Assembly: GCA_964596685.1 (NCBI GenBank)
Contig: CAZQVA010000007.1
Span: 11,026-75,025, forward strand
DNA from: an uncultured bacterium
GTDB lineage: Bacteria; Chlamydiota; Chlamydiia; Chlamydiales; VFKH01
DNA length: 64,000 nucleotides
Reading direction: 5' to 3'
Below the pieces are notes generated by a model. That model made no database searches. It saw only the letters and a list, made by a program, of their open reading frames with translations, and had not been told where the DNA came from. The position numbers and the translations under genes are program-made. This document shows, in pieces, positions 45,098-55,318 of the stretch. Positions within the stretch are counted from its first letter, which is position 1. Each line of letters starts with the position of its first letter.

Positions 45098-45478
45098 TGT
45101 GGGAAGAGATGCAATCGCTCGTTCAAAGTTTGACCGAGAGGAAAGTCTGGACTTTTTAGGGACAAGATACCAGTGAAAGACTGGGGACCATCAGAAGGTC
45201 ACGGAAAGTGCAACAGAAAATACCCCTCCCAGATTTAATGGGTAAGGATGAAAATGCTTCTTTAATAAAAGAGGCCTGATTTTAGGCAACTAAAACAGCT
45301 GTAAACCCTATCTAAAGCAAGATCGGATGTTGTTCATATGCTGTGGTCCGCGGCGAACAACATATTTTTAGTATCGCTTGAGGGCAGTGGTGACACTGCT
45401 CCTTAGACAAATGATTGCACGCATTGTCTCTTTTATTAGCGACAATGCCGACAGAATCCGGCTTATTATCTTCCCACA
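45098..45478 (+). ncRNA. rnpB: RNase P RNA, bacterial type A
   Basis: Conserved blocks GAGAGGAAAGTCTGGAC, AGTGCAACAGAAAATACC, GGGTAAGGATGAAA and CGACAGAATCCGGCTTA. The P1 helix pairs TGTGGGAAGA (45098-) with TCTTCCCACA (-45478). Confidence 0.9.
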
Positions 45479-45975
45479 TTTTTTTTGTTGTAATCGGACT
45501 CACGTTTTTCAAGCAGAAGTAGAGCTTGCTTCCTCTCTACTCCCCCAGCATATCCGTGCAAACGCCCATCTGAACCAATCACCCTATGACAAGGAATAAT
45601 GATAGACAAGGGATTGCATCCAACAGCATTGGCGACGGCTCGCACCGCATCCACTCTACCTATCTGCTGCGCAATCTCTTTATACGTAGTAACTGTTCCA
45701 TAAGGGATCTTTTGCAATGCTTTCCAAGTATCCTGTTGCAAAGGAGTGCCACCTAATAAATGGTAGGGCATGTCAAAGCGCGTGCGGCATTTATGAAAGT
45801 ATTCATTCAATGCTTGATGTAGCTCTAAAAATAAGGGATGCTCGTGATCATGAATCCATGTGGGTTGAATCGCAGGCAGAGCCTTCTGTGGCACAAAGTA
45901 AAGTCCACAAAGAGCGCCGTCCTGCGCTACCACCCGCATCTGTCCAAGAGGCGTATCAATATGCGTATATTCCAT
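45466..45975 (-). CDS. ogt: methylated-DNA--protein-cysteine methyltransferase
   Basis: 169 aa with active site IIIPCHRVIGSDG and a helix-turn-helix region TYKEIAQQIG. Its 3' end overlaps the rnpB 3' end by 13 nt (convergent). Confidence 0.9.
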   Translation of the reverse strand: MEYTHIDTPLGQMRVVAQDGALCGLYFVPQKALPAIQPTWIHDHEHPLFLELHQALNEYFHKCRTRFDMPYHLLGGTPLQQDTWKALQKIPYGTVTTYKEIAQQIGRVDAVRAVANAVGCNPLSIIIPCHRVIGSDGRLHGYAGGVERKQALLLLEKRESDYNKKNVGR

Positions 45976-46049
45976 AAAAATTCCGAATAATCACGTTAAT
46001 TCTACTCCATAAAGAGAGGATTTTGCTATGATTTTAAAGGCCCATTTCA

Positions 46050-46122
46050 GGGGCGTTAGCTCAGTTGGTAGAGCGCAACAATGGCATTGTTGAGGTCACC
46101 GGTTCGAATCCGGTACGCTCCA
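46050..46122 (+). tRNA. tRNA-Ala (anticodon GGC)
   Basis: GGGGCGTTAGCTCAGTTGGTAGAGCGCAACAATGGCATTGTTGAGGTCACCGGTTCGAATCCGGTACGCTCCA. G3:U70 identity pair and anticodon loop ATGGCAT. No encoded CCA. Confidence 0.92.
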
Positions 46123-46170
46123 CATTTCTTAAACGCATTCTTTCACAACACTTCGTCTCCTTAGTTGTTA

Positions 46171-46800
46171 CTAACAGTGCAATTTCTTCCACAACCATCT
46201 GCTCCATCGATACTGCTGGTAAAACTTTTTGTATTCATCCTCTAAGTGCACTCTCAAGACAGAAGTTGTTTGTAAAAGCCCATGAACGTGATCCCCTCCT
46301 ATGCAGCGAAAAGCCTGTGATTTATGCCACCTAAACCACCATTTGAGCAAAGGATCCTTCAATTTATCAATGTCATGAGGCTGCAGTATAGCGTCAAATG
46401 TGAGCAGGCTGCGCGGTAGGCGATAGTTTGCAAGCCGCCCTTCTTCATAAACACTCCCCTCTCCTGTCGCCTGAATGTCAGTATAATAAAAAATATAAGG
46501 GCTTAGATGGCGCTCTGTAATAGAAAGGCGCGCTCGATTGAACTGCACTACATGCAGGATCCAAATACATTCCCATCCGATGCTGCGATAGTCGGCAATA
46601 CGAGAAATCGCCTCCTTAACGGAAAGAGGCGAGCATTGCACTTCAAAAACTACGCGCCATTCAGGAACAGCAACATCAGCAATGCGACCAATTTCAGGAA
46701 AACGCCTCTCTAAAATTGCTTCAGGGATGTGACTGAGTAAGTGATTTTGCACCTGTTGATGCTCTAGTGATTTTGTTAAATGGCTCAAGATCTCGCTCAA
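46171..46800 (-). CDS. CoiA-like competence-family nuclease-fold protein
   Basis: 209 aa. The pattern GRIADVAVPEWRVVFEVQCSPLSVKEAISRIADYRSIGWECIWILH resembles the CoiA core (R.ADV...EFQ.S.i....R...Y...g..v.Wi). Confidence 0.5.
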   Translation of the reverse strand: MSEILSHLTKSLEHQQVQNHLLSHIPEAILERRFPEIGRIADVAVPEWRVVFEVQCSPLSVKEAISRIADYRSIGWECIWILHVVQFNRARLSITERHLSPYIFYYTDIQATGEGSVYEEGRLANYRLPRSLLTFDAILQPHDIDKLKDPLLKWWFRWHKSQAFRCIGGDHVHGLLQTTSVLRVHLEDEYKKFYQQYRWSRWLWKKLHC

Positions 46801-46925
46801 TCAAATCCGGGAAAAATATTATTTGCAACCATTGCGAATGAGCGTTATACTCCTAACAGGAGTTTTTTCACCTGTAATTTGTACACACTCGTCTCTAATC
46901 CCTCAACTTTTGGGTGCAAGCAAAA

Positions 46926-48590
46926 ATGGCACAAACAGAAACAACTGAGATTCTTGATGCTCAGATTGAGCAAAAAGTTGAAGAACTTTTAGCCATTTCA
47001 AAAGAGCAGGGGTATATTACCTATGAGGAGATCAACGATCTACTCCCCCTCACTTTTGATACTCCTGAAATTCTCGATGCTGTCCTCATCCAGCTCATTG
47101 GCATGGATGTCCAAATCCTCAATTTGGCAGATGTCGAAAAACAAAAAGAGCGCACAAAAGAGGCGAAAGAAGCCGAAACCTATCGCCGTGCAGAAGGTGC
47201 TGCCGACGACCCTGTACGCATGTATCTCAAGGAGATGGGGTCCGTTCCTCTACTCTCGCGTGAAGAAGAAGTCGAAATCTCCAAACGGATTGAGAAGGCA
47301 CAAGTTCAGATTGAAAGCATCTTGATGCGCTTTCGCTATGCTGTAAGAGAAGCCACTTCCATTGGTCAATTTCTAGTTGCAGGGAAGGATCGTTTTGACA
47401 AGATCATTGCTGAAAAAGAACTGGACGATAAGCCGCTCTTTATCAAGATGCTACCTCGCCTATGTCAGCTGTTAAAAGATGAAGATCGCACCTTTGAATC
47501 GCTCTATCTGCTTGCGCAAAACCCAAATAACAAACCCGAAGAAGTCGAAAAGATTCAACAGGATCTTGAAAAATGCCGCATCCGTACTCAAGGGTATTTA
47601 AGACGGTTTCATTTCCGTCATAATATCATTGAAGACTTCGGTGAAGTCATCTCACGTGCTTATGAGCGATTTTTACATTTAGAGAAAGAGATTCAAGAGT
47701 TGATCCCTCGCGCTGAGAAAAATAAATTCGCAGCGGCCAAGCTCCATGCAGCAAAACGCAAACTCGCCAAGCGAGAGATTGCAGCTGGAAGAAGCTTAGA
47801 AGACTTTAAGAAAGATGTGCGCATGCTCCAGCGTTGGATTGATAAGAGCCAAGAAGCAAAACGCGAGATGGTTAAATCCAACCTGCGCCTCGTCATTTCC
47901 ATTGCTAAAAAATATACCAATCGCGGTCTTTCCTTCCTTGACTTGATTCAAGAAGGTAACATGGGGTTAATGAAAGCAGTAGAAAAATTTGAATACCGTC
48001 GCGGCTATAAATTTTCTACTTACGCTACCTGGTGGATTCGTCAAGCGATTACACGAGCTATCGCCGATCAAGCTAGAACGATTCGCATCCCTGTGCATAT
48101 GATTGAGACCATCAATAAAGTGCTACGCGGTGCAAAAAAATTAATGATGGAAACGGGACGTGAGCCGACACCCGAGGAATTGGCCGTTGAGTTAGGCCTG
48201 ACGCCTGAACGCGTACGAGAAATTTATAAAATCGCGCAGCATCCTATCTCATTACAAGCAGAAGTAGGCGACGGCGGTGAGAGCCAATTTGGAGATTTTC
48301 TCGAAGATACCGGCGTAGAATCCCCTTCAGAAGCAACGGGGTATGCAATCTTAAAGGATAAAATGGGTGAGGTCCTCTCCACCCTCACTGACAGAGAGCG
48401 CACTGTTTTAATTCAGCGCTTTGGACTCCTTGACGGCAAACCCAAGACCCTTGAAGAGGTCGGCCTTGAATTTAACGTCACTCGTGAACGTATTAGACAA
48501 ATTGAAGCGAAGGGCTTGCGCAAAATGCGACACCCGACACGTTCTAAGCAATTAAAGGCCTTTTTAGATTTAATGGAAGGCGAAAGTTAA
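46926..48590 (+). CDS. rpoD: primary RNA polymerase sigma factor (sigma-66/70)
   Basis: Region 2 [54 protein letters not shown] and region 4 [29 protein letters not shown] chose ATG 46926. The ORF track uses GTG 46914. Confidence 0.95.
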   Translation: MAQTETTEILDAQIEQKVEELLAISKEQGYITYEEINDLLPLTFDTPEILDAVLIQLIGMDVQILNLADVEKQKERTKEAKEAETYRRAEGAADDPVRMYLKEMGSVPLLSREEEVEISKRIEKAQVQIESILMRFRYAVREATSIGQFLVAGKDRFDKIIAEKELDDKPLFIKMLPRLCQLLKDEDRTFESLYLLAQNPNNKPEEVEKIQQDLEKCRIRTQGYLRRFHFRHNIIEDFGEVISRAYERFLHLEKEIQELIPRAEKNKFAAAKLHAAKRKLAKREIAAGRSLEDFKKDVRMLQRWIDKSQEAKREMVKSNLRLVISIAKKYTNRGLSFLDLIQEGNMGLMKAVEKFEYRRGYKFSTYATWWIRQAITRAIADQARTIRIPVHMIETINKVLRGAKKLMMETGREPTPEELAVELGLTPERVREIYKIAQHPISLQAEVGDGGESQFGDFLEDTGVESPSEATGYAILKDKMGEVLSTLTDRERTVLIQRFGLLDGKPKTLEEVGLEFNVTRERIRQIEAKGLRKMRHPTRSKQLKAFLDLMEGES

Positions 48591-48640
48591 CAGCCCCTTA
48601 TCTTTTCACAGATTTTAGTTTTACTTATAGGTAGATTGTC

Positions 48641-49408
48641 ATGCAGGCAGCATTGAAGACCATATTAGCTATCCAAGAACTCGACATGAAAATGATTCGC
48701 TTAATGCGCGTCAAAAATGATCGCAAGCGTGAAAATGAGCAAATGCAGCACGCACAGAAGGAACTCTGCGAAAATACAGCGCGTCAAGAAGCCAATCTTT
48801 TGCAGATTAAAAAAAATATGCGCATCCTTGAGACACAAGTCAATGAGGTATCAGCGCGTATCGAACAACTCGAAAAAAAGCAAAACAGCTTGAAAAAAGT
48901 TGAAGAATTTGCGGCAATCGGTCAAGAAATCACTGCTGCAAATCGCGAAAAAGCACATCTTGAGCAACAGTTAAGTGATTTGACTGATCAGTCCATCTTT
49001 GAAGAAGAACAAGTAAAACAGAAAAAATCTTCGCTCGTTGAAGTGCAAGCACAACATGCTCAAACAGCAGAAGAAATCCATTCTAGTATTATTTCCATCA
49101 ATGAAGAAGGGCAGGTCCTCCTGAATGAGCGTCAAGAATTGGCAAAAGAGGCTGATGCAGAACTACTTGCCATCTACGAACGCTTATTGCAGAATAAAAA
49201 AGATCGCGTTATCGTGCCAATTGAAAACCGCACTTGCAGTGGTTGTCATATTTTATTGACAGCGCAACATGAAAACTTGGTTCGTCGCGGCGAACGCCCT
49301 GTTTTCTGCGAACACTGTTCCCGCATGAACTACTGGCAAGATGCGGATAGCGATCTCACTGTTGCAGGACCTAAAAAACGCAAGCGTCGTTCTCCTTCTG
49401 CAGCGTGA
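48641..49408 (+). CDS. coiled-coil zinc-ribbon protein, COG1579 (HP0958 / chlamydial CT398 CdsZ-like)
   Basis: 255 aa. Long heptad-rich region followed by a C4 zinc ribbon CSGCHILL...FCEHCSRMNYW. Confidence 0.65.
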   Translation: MQAALKTILAIQELDMKMIRLMRVKNDRKRENEQMQHAQKELCENTARQEANLLQIKKNMRILETQVNEVSARIEQLEKKQNSLKKVEEFAAIGQEITAANREKAHLEQQLSDLTDQSIFEEEQVKQKKSSLVEVQAQHAQTAEEIHSSIISINEEGQVLLNERQELAKEADAELLAIYERLLQNKKDRVIVPIENRTCSGCHILLTAQHENLVRRGERPVFCEHCSRMNYWQDADSDLTVAGPKKRKRRSPSAA

Positions 49409-49437
49409 TCTTGTTCAACGTGAGTTAAGGATGGATT

Positions 49438-50460
49438 ATGTTCAAGACTGCCTTGAGGGCGTTATTTAGCACATTATTTGGTGTCATTGGTTTAGGTATC
49501 GGTATTGTAGTCATCGTTTGGTTTATTGCCTGGATGAGTGCAAATGATCCTCGTGCTCACATTCTAGAGCGCTATGATTATGAAATTGTTGCTAACCCTG
49601 CAGGGCAGCGCATCCAATTAGATAGTGATTCGTCTGTTATTTTACAATTACCCATTCATGGTGTAATTGGAGTAGACGTGCGCAGCTGCCAAATCGAAGA
49701 AATTCTCCTCCAATCTCGTGAAGGTGAGTTTGAAAAAAATCGAGTCAAAGCAATTTTGCTCACCATCAATTCTCCAGGTGGCACTGTCTTTGATACCGAT
49801 ACAATTTACCGCGCCATTTTAGAATATAAAAAACAGTATAACACCCCTGTTTACGCCTATGTTGATGGGCTTTGTGCCTCGGGGGGAATGTATATCGCCT
49901 CCGCTGCAGATAAAATTTATGCCACAGACGTCAGCATCATTGGTTCTGTCGGTGTAATCGCCAATTACTTTAATGTACATCAATTATTTGAAAAATTGGG
50001 CGTTGATTCACTCACCCTAACTGCAGGGAAGGACAAAGATACCCTCAATCCTTTCAGACAGTGGAAGCCGGATGAAGATGCTCATATGAAAGAGATTTTT
50101 GGTCAGATGTATGACCGCTTTCTTCATATCGTTTCTTCAGCACGCCCCAAACTCACTGAAACTTTGCTGCGCGATACATATGGAGCCCGCATTTATTCAG
50201 CGGAACAGGCGAAAGAATATGGCTATATTGATGCGCTGACAGCAAATAAATCCTCTGTAATTACTGAATTAGCACGTGAAGCGCGTATTCCGGTTAATCA
50301 CCCTTATCAAATCGTGCAATTTAAGAAGAGCAGTTTTTTGAGCAATTTTAACGAATGCCAGGAAGCAATTTTTAAAGGCAAGGTCATTCACACAGTTGAA
50401 TTACCAGGTCAATTCCATATGGAACTTTTGAATAAACCTCTCTACCTCTATACAAATTAA
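49438..50460 (+). CDS. sppA: signal peptide peptidase SppA/SohB (S49 family)
   Basis: 340 aa with an N-terminal TM. Motifs ILLTINSPGGTV and LCASGGMYIASAADKIYA. Confidence 0.85.
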   Translation: MFKTALRALFSTLFGVIGLGIGIVVIVWFIAWMSANDPRAHILERYDYEIVANPAGQRIQLDSDSSVILQLPIHGVIGVDVRSCQIEEILLQSREGEFEKNRVKAILLTINSPGGTVFDTDTIYRAILEYKKQYNTPVYAYVDGLCASGGMYIASAADKIYATDVSIIGSVGVIANYFNVHQLFEKLGVDSLTLTAGKDKDTLNPFRQWKPDEDAHMKEIFGQMYDRFLHIVSSARPKLTETLLRDTYGARIYSAEQAKEYGYIDALTANKSSVITELAREARIPVNHPYQIVQFKKSSFLSNFNECQEAIFKGKVIHTVELPGQFHMELLNKPLYLYTN

Positions 50461-50480
50461 ATCGAGCACACAGTAGACTT

Positions 50481-50555
50481 CAGACTTCTTTTGAAAGCAT
50501 CTTTGTTGTTAAAATTGCACTTTTTAGCATCAAAGACAATTTCGAAAGAAGTCTG
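50481..50555. repeat. Family-D short element (D2)
   Basis: CAGACTTCTTTTGAAAGCATCTTTG...CAAAGACAATTTCGAAAGAAGTCTG is a 75-bp hairpin 20 nt after the sppA stop. Confidence 0.75.
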
Positions 50556-50615
50556 GTAAGAAGATATTTCTTTTCGACAGAAAGTTCAACTGTTGCTTTC
50601 CCTCTGGAGTTTTTA

Positions 50616-53018
50616 GTGCCCCTCTACCTCTTTGATCTTTCTAGCATTCTCTTCCGCTCTTATTATGCTCTTCCCCCTATGAAAAATCATGCGGGTGAAT
50701 CGACACACGCCTTATTCGGTTTTGTCCGCTTCATGCTCAAATTTCTTAAAGATTACTCCCCCTCTCACATGGCTGTGTTATGTGATGGACCCAATCATAA
50801 ACAAAAGCGGACTGAGATCTTTACAGACTATAAAGCGACAAGGGAAAAAGCCCCGGAAGATTTAGGCCATCAAATTGAATGGGCAAAAGATTTTTGTACC
50901 ATGATGGGAATCCCCTTTTTAAGTGTTCCCCATGCAGAAGCAGATGATCTGGCTGCAAGCGTTACCCGCTTTGCGTTAGAGCAAAAGTGGGATGTCGTAC
51001 TATGCACGAGTGATAAAGACTGGTGGCAGCTTTTAGGGCCCCATGTCAAAGGACTCAAAGAAGGCAAATGGGTCACTGTCAAAGATGTTGAAGAGCAATT
51101 TGGTGTTAAAATCGATCAACTTGGTGATGCCTTAGCAATCATTGGAGATGCAAGTGATCATATCCCAGGTGTCACAGGTTTTGGCCCCAAAAAAACAGCG
51201 CGCTTTTTGCAAGATTATCCCTCTCTCGACGCCTTTTTTAAAGACCCCTCAAACACAAAATATGAAGCCATTTTTGCCGCTAAAGAGTTACTTCAGCGGA
51301 ATCAACGCTTGATCCGCCTTGATGAAACCGTCAAAATCCCTCATGATCCTGCGTTCTACGAAAAGGCCTCCTCTGATGAGTCATCACTACAAGAATTCTA
51401 TCAACGCATGGATTTCAAGGCACTTTATCACAAAACCCCCTCTCACTCCGACATTAAGCCTCTTCCCAACAGCTCTCATCCATTTTCTCCCCAAAAAACA
51501 ACAACCTATTCTATTGCGCTCAATCATGTCGAAGGGATCATCGTCGCCGATCATGAGCATCAATGGCATCTCAAGTGGAAAGAAGTCAAAGATATTGAAT
51601 GGGCACACACCCAAGCTATTGGACAAGATGTTAAAAAGATCATAGAAGCCTTTTTTGATCATGCTATCCCCTCTCTTCCCCTTTTCATCTTTGATCTTTC
51701 AATTGCTGAATACCTCCTTGACCCTGAGGGCATCAATAAAAAACGAATTTCCACCATTGAAGAGATCGCTCAACGAAAAAATGATTTGGAGACTGCTTTA
51801 AAGGAAGCGCATTTACTACTGTGGTTACAACAAGTTGAACTACCTTTAAGCCTTGTACTAGCTAAAATGCATCACAGGGGTATTTATCTCGATACTCAAG
51901 TCCTATTTGAGCAAAAAAAAATCCTACAAGAACAACTACACTCTCTACAAAATCGCATCTTTGCTGCTACAGGAGAGGCGATTAACCTCAATTCTCCGAA
52001 ACAACTTGGCACGCTTCTTTTCGAAACTCTTAAACTTGCAGGTGGCAAGAAAACACGTACGGGACAGTACTCAACTGATAATGACACTTTAATAGAATTG
52101 CAGGGTAGCCATCCCGTTGTAGAACTTATCATTGAGTATCGCACATTAGAAAAACTACGTTCTACTTATGTGGATGCACTACTCGCTCTAGTTAATGAGG
52201 ATGCTCCTCGCATTCATTGTTCTTTTGAGCAGTGTGTCACCGCCACAGGTCGTCTTTCCTGCCAAAACCCCAACCTTCAGAATATTCCTCCTTCCATTAG
52301 AAAAGCATTTCGACCTGAAAAAACAGGATGGCATTTTCTTGCTGCAGATTACTCTCAAATTGAATTGCGCCTGCTTGCTCACTATAGCCGTGATGAACAA
52401 ATGTGTGAGGCGTTTTCAAAAGGATTAGATATCCACCGCTATACCGCTAGCTTGATTTTTGACGTCCCCCTTGAAAAAGTACAGGCGGAACAACGAGCCA
52501 TTGCAAAAACAGTGAATTTCGGCATTCTCTATGGCCAAACCCCTTTTGGACTTTCTAAAGTCATCCGCATTTCTCCTGCGAAGGCAAAAGAATTTATCGA
52601 TGCCTACTTCAAACGTTATCCTCAAGTAACAAATTATCTTGAAAAAGTGAAAGAAGAGGCGCGTAAAAGTGGAAAAATCTATACAGAAGCCGGTCGATGG
52701 CGTTTTGTTCCTGGGATCACCAGCCAAAATTCCCTGTTGCGTCAGGCAGCAGAAAGAATCGCTTTAAATACTCCCTTACAAGGTTTTGCTGCGGATTTAA
52801 TTAAAATCGCCATGCTGCGCATTGATGAACAACTCCCCCACTTCCCTCACTGCACACTATTATTGCAAATTCATGATGAATTGCTCTTTGAAGGCCCTGA
52901 AAAGGAAATACAAAAACTGGCCCCCGTTGTAAAAAGAATAATGGAAGAGGTATGGCCTCCATTATCAGTACCTTTAGATGTTCACATTGCAATTGGAGAA
53001 AATTGGCAAGAGTGTTAG
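50616..53018 (+). CDS. polA: DNA polymerase I (short form with vestigial 3'-5' exonuclease domain)
   Basis: 800 aa with a GTG start. 5' nuclease domain, then the polymerase motifs DYSQIELRLLAH, RAIAKTVNFGILYG and QIHDELLFE. Confidence 0.92.
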   Translation: MPLYLFDLSSILFRSYYALPPMKNHAGESTHALFGFVRFMLKFLKDYSPSHMAVLCDGPNHKQKRTEIFTDYKATREKAPEDLGHQIEWAKDFCTMMGIPFLSVPHAEADDLAASVTRFALEQKWDVVLCTSDKDWWQLLGPHVKGLKEGKWVTVKDVEEQFGVKIDQLGDALAIIGDASDHIPGVTGFGPKKTARFLQDYPSLDAFFKDPSNTKYEAIFAAKELLQRNQRLIRLDETVKIPHDPAFYEKASSDESSLQEFYQRMDFKALYHKTPSHSDIKPLPNSSHPFSPQKTTTYSIALNHVEGIIVADHEHQWHLKWKEVKDIEWAHTQAIGQDVKKIIEAFFDHAIPSLPLFIFDLSIAEYLLDPEGINKKRISTIEEIAQRKNDLETALKEAHLLLWLQQVELPLSLVLAKMHHRGIYLDTQVLFEQKKILQEQLHSLQNRIFAATGEAINLNSPKQLGTLLFETLKLAGGKKTRTGQYSTDNDTLIELQGSHPVVELIIEYRTLEKLRSTYVDALLALVNEDAPRIHCSFEQCVTATGRLSCQNPNLQNIPPSIRKAFRPEKTGWHFLAADYSQIELRLLAHYSRDEQMCEAFSKGLDIHRYTASLIFDVPLEKVQAEQRAIAKTVNFGILYGQTPFGLSKVIRISPAKAKEFIDAYFKRYPQVTNYLEKVKEEARKSGKIYTEAGRWRFVPGITSQNSLLRQAAERIALNTPLQGFAADLIKIAMLRIDEQLPHFPHCTLLLQIHDELLFEGPEKEIQKLAPVVKRIMEEVWPPLSVPLDVHIAIGENWQEC

Positions 53019-53596
53019 AATCGAAAAAGATAGCAGTTACTGGTAGCATCGGCTGTGGAAAATCGACTTTTTGTCGCTTTCTTGAGCAGCAAGGTGCTTA
53101 CTACGTGAGTGCAGATGCGATTGTCCATCACATCCTTGACAGTGATCTAGCCGTTCAGCAGAGCATGATTGCTTTGCTTGGGAATGATATCGCCATAGAG
53201 AACCGCATCGACCGTAAAAAAGTTGCTCATAAGGTTTTTCGAAACTCTCACCTCCTCCAACAACTTGAGACTCTTCTCCATCCGAAAGTCAAAAAAGTCA
53301 TTGAAGCAGCTTTTTTAGATGCGAAAAAAAAACACATTCCACTCTTTGTTGCTGAAGTGCCCCTGCTCTTTGAAATTGGAATGGAGCACGCCTTTGATGT
53401 GACTGTACTCGTAACCGCTCCTGAAGAAGAGTGTTTGAAACGCTATCAAGGTACTGAAGAAGATTTTCGTCTCCGTATGAAGCGGCATTGGCCGCAAGAA
53501 AAGAAAAGTCAGCTTGCCGATTGGATCATCGATAATCGCGCTGATATTAGTGAATTAAAAAAGCAATCTGAGACTTTCATAAGATCATTACACTAA
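53012..53596 (+). CDS. coaE: dephospho-CoA kinase
   Basis: P-loop IAVTGSIGCGKST near the N-terminus. I chose GTG 53012 (7-nt overlap with polA). The ORF-track ATG 52952 lies deep inside polA. Confidence 0.8.
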   Translation: MLESKKIAVTGSIGCGKSTFCRFLEQQGAYYVSADAIVHHILDSDLAVQQSMIALLGNDIAIENRIDRKKVAHKVFRNSHLLQQLETLLHPKVKKVIEAAFLDAKKKHIPLFVAEVPLLFEIGMEHAFDVTVLVTAPEEECLKRYQGTEEDFRLRMKRHWPQEKKSQLADWIIDNRADISELKKQSETFIRSLH

Positions 53597-53647
53597 CCTT
53601 ATGAAAGGACTCACCAACAAAAACTTAATTGGCACACCTACCCTCTT

Positions 53648-54970
53648 ATGAATGATGAAGAGCTCAATGAGGAGCTAAATAACGCTCCTGACAAGATCAT
53701 ATCCTCTGGAAATATCATTAAAATTGCCGACCTACAGCGTATGAGCATCGAAGATCTACATGCCTATGCTCGTGCTGGAGGCGTCAAAAATCTTGGCTCT
53801 TTGACAAAGTCGCAAATTGTTTTCGAAATTGTCAAAGTAAAGTCTCATGAACGTGCTGGAGACCTTCTTTACGGCGAAGGCGTTCTTGAAGTTCTTCCCG
53901 ATGGATTTGGGTTTTTAAGATCCCCCATGTATAACTACATGCCCTCCGTTGAGGACATCTACGTGTCCCCCGTACAAATTCGTCGTTTTGATTTGAAAAA
54001 GGGCGATACGATTGGCGGCACGATTCGCCCTCCAAAGGATAAAGAGAAATATTTTGCTCTTCTGAAAGTCGATAGTTTAAATGGCAAGGCACCTGAGCGC
54101 TTCAGAGAGCGTACACTCTTTGAAAATCTTACTCCCTTATACCCCAATGAGCGTTTGGTGATGGAAACACACCAAGACTGCTATGCAACACGCGTGCTTG
54201 ATCTTGTAACCCCTATCGGTAAAGGACAACGCGGTCTTATCGTCGCTCCACCTCGCTCCGGTAAAACGATGATTTTGCAGAACATGGCCATCGCCATTGC
54301 AAAAAACAATCCTGAAGTTAGTCTCATTGTTCTTCTCATCGATGAGCGTCCTGAAGAAGTCACGGAAATGGTGCGTTTGGTGAAGGGGGAAGTGATCGCT
54401 TCTACTTTTGATGAGCCACCAGAACGCCACGTACAAGTGGCAGAAATGGTGATTGAAAAGGCGCGCCGTTTGGTAGAATGTGGCCAAGATGTCGTTATTC
54501 TTTTAGATTCTCTCACTCGTTTAGCGCGCGCTTACAACACAGTGCAGCCGCATTCTGGAAAAATTCTAAGTGGTGGTGTCGACGCTAACGCCCTCCACAA
54601 ACCAAAAAGATTTTTTGGTGCCGCTCGTAATATCGAGCAAGGTGGTTCCCTAACTATTATCGCATCTGCTCTGATCGAAACTGGATCAAGAATGGATGAG
54701 GTAATCTTTGAAGAATTTAAGGGAACTGGTAATATGGAATTGGTACTTGATCGACGTTTGGCTGATCGCCGCGTTTATCCTGCTATCGATATGATCAAGA
54801 GTGGAACGCGTCGAGAAGAACAACTCTACCACCCCAGCGAATTGGAGAAGGTTCACCAACTTCGTCAGGCTACGTCAGAGCTCTCACCTATTGATGCAAT
54901 GAACTTACTATTGGGCCGTTTGAAAAAAACGCGCAATAATATCGAGTTTCTTTTATCCATGAAGGATTAA
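53648..54970 (+). CDS. rho: transcription termination factor Rho
   Basis: 440 aa. RNA-binding domain (GFGFLR), P-loop APPRSGKT, and [13 protein letters not shown]. Confidence 0.95.
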   Translation: MNDEELNEELNNAPDKIISSGNIIKIADLQRMSIEDLHAYARAGGVKNLGSLTKSQIVFEIVKVKSHERAGDLLYGEGVLEVLPDGFGFLRSPMYNYMPSVEDIYVSPVQIRRFDLKKGDTIGGTIRPPKDKEKYFALLKVDSLNGKAPERFRERTLFENLTPLYPNERLVMETHQDCYATRVLDLVTPIGKGQRGLIVAPPRSGKTMILQNMAIAIAKNNPEVSLIVLLIDERPEEVTEMVRLVKGEVIASTFDEPPERHVQVAEMVIEKARRLVECGQDVVILLDSLTRLARAYNTVQPHSGKILSGGVDANALHKPKRFFGAARNIEQGGSLTIIASALIETGSRMDEVIFEEFKGTGNMELVLDRRLADRRVYPAIDMIKSGTRREEQLYHPSELEKVHQLRQATSELSPIDAMNLLLGRLKKTRNNIEFLLSMKD

Positions 54971-54972
54971 AA

Positions 54973-55138
54973 ACTGGACTTTAGGCGAAATCTAATATTT
55001 TTAAAGCGGTAGCTCCAGGGCGTATTTAAGGCGTGGTATCATCTGTGCATGGCTTTAGCTATCCGCAATGGCGCACCTCCTGAAAGATGCTTTAAAGCTA
55101 TCCCTAATAAAACCGCTAGATTTTGTCTAAAGTCTAGT
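54973..55138. mobile_element. Family-E palindromic element, copy E2
   Basis: 166 bp, collinear with E1 (AACTGGACTTTAGGCGAAATCTAAT...CTAGATTTTGTCTAAAGTCTAGT). Begins 2 nt after the rho stop. Confidence 0.8.
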
Positions 55139-55183
55139 AACAACCCGCCCTTTTAAAATCTCTTTGAAGGGGCACCCAGAGCT

Positions 55184-55227
55184 AAGGCCGGATGCAAATT
55201 AGGTAACCTTCCGGCCTTCTTTATTTT
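55184..55227 (+). terminator. possible intrinsic terminator
   Basis: 9-bp GC-rich stem AAGGCCGGA / TCCGGCCTT followed by CTTTATTTT. The loop is long at 17 nt. Confidence 0.4.
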
Positions 55228-55318
55228 CCAGTGACTTCTTATTGTTCAAAATTGGTATCCGCGCTAGTATTTTAGCGTGTTATTTACCCCTTCCTTTTGT
55301 GGACCATAAGAGCCAATC

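Noticed and set aside
44962-45165. N-terminal 68 codons of ORF 43543-45165
   Set aside because: This part runs through the family-A fragment and the 5' end of rnpB. CcoN homology and normal length begin at MNMTTF (44961).
45312-45599. ORFs 45312-45512(-) and 45378-45599(+)
   Set aside because: Both lie on the RNase P RNA gene and the ogt 3' end, so they are artefacts.
46065-46334. 89-aa ORF starting inside tRNA-Ala
   Set aside because: It starts within the tRNA sequence and overlaps the CoiA-like gene on the other strand. There is no coding support.
52952-53011. Upstream extension of coaE inside polA
   Set aside because: The P-loop would sit unusually far from the N-terminus. GTG 53012 gives the canonical architecture with a 7-nt overlap.
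54137-54516. Two antisense ORFs (116 and 111 aa) inside rho
   Set aside because: These are shadow ORFs across the conserved ATPase core of rho.
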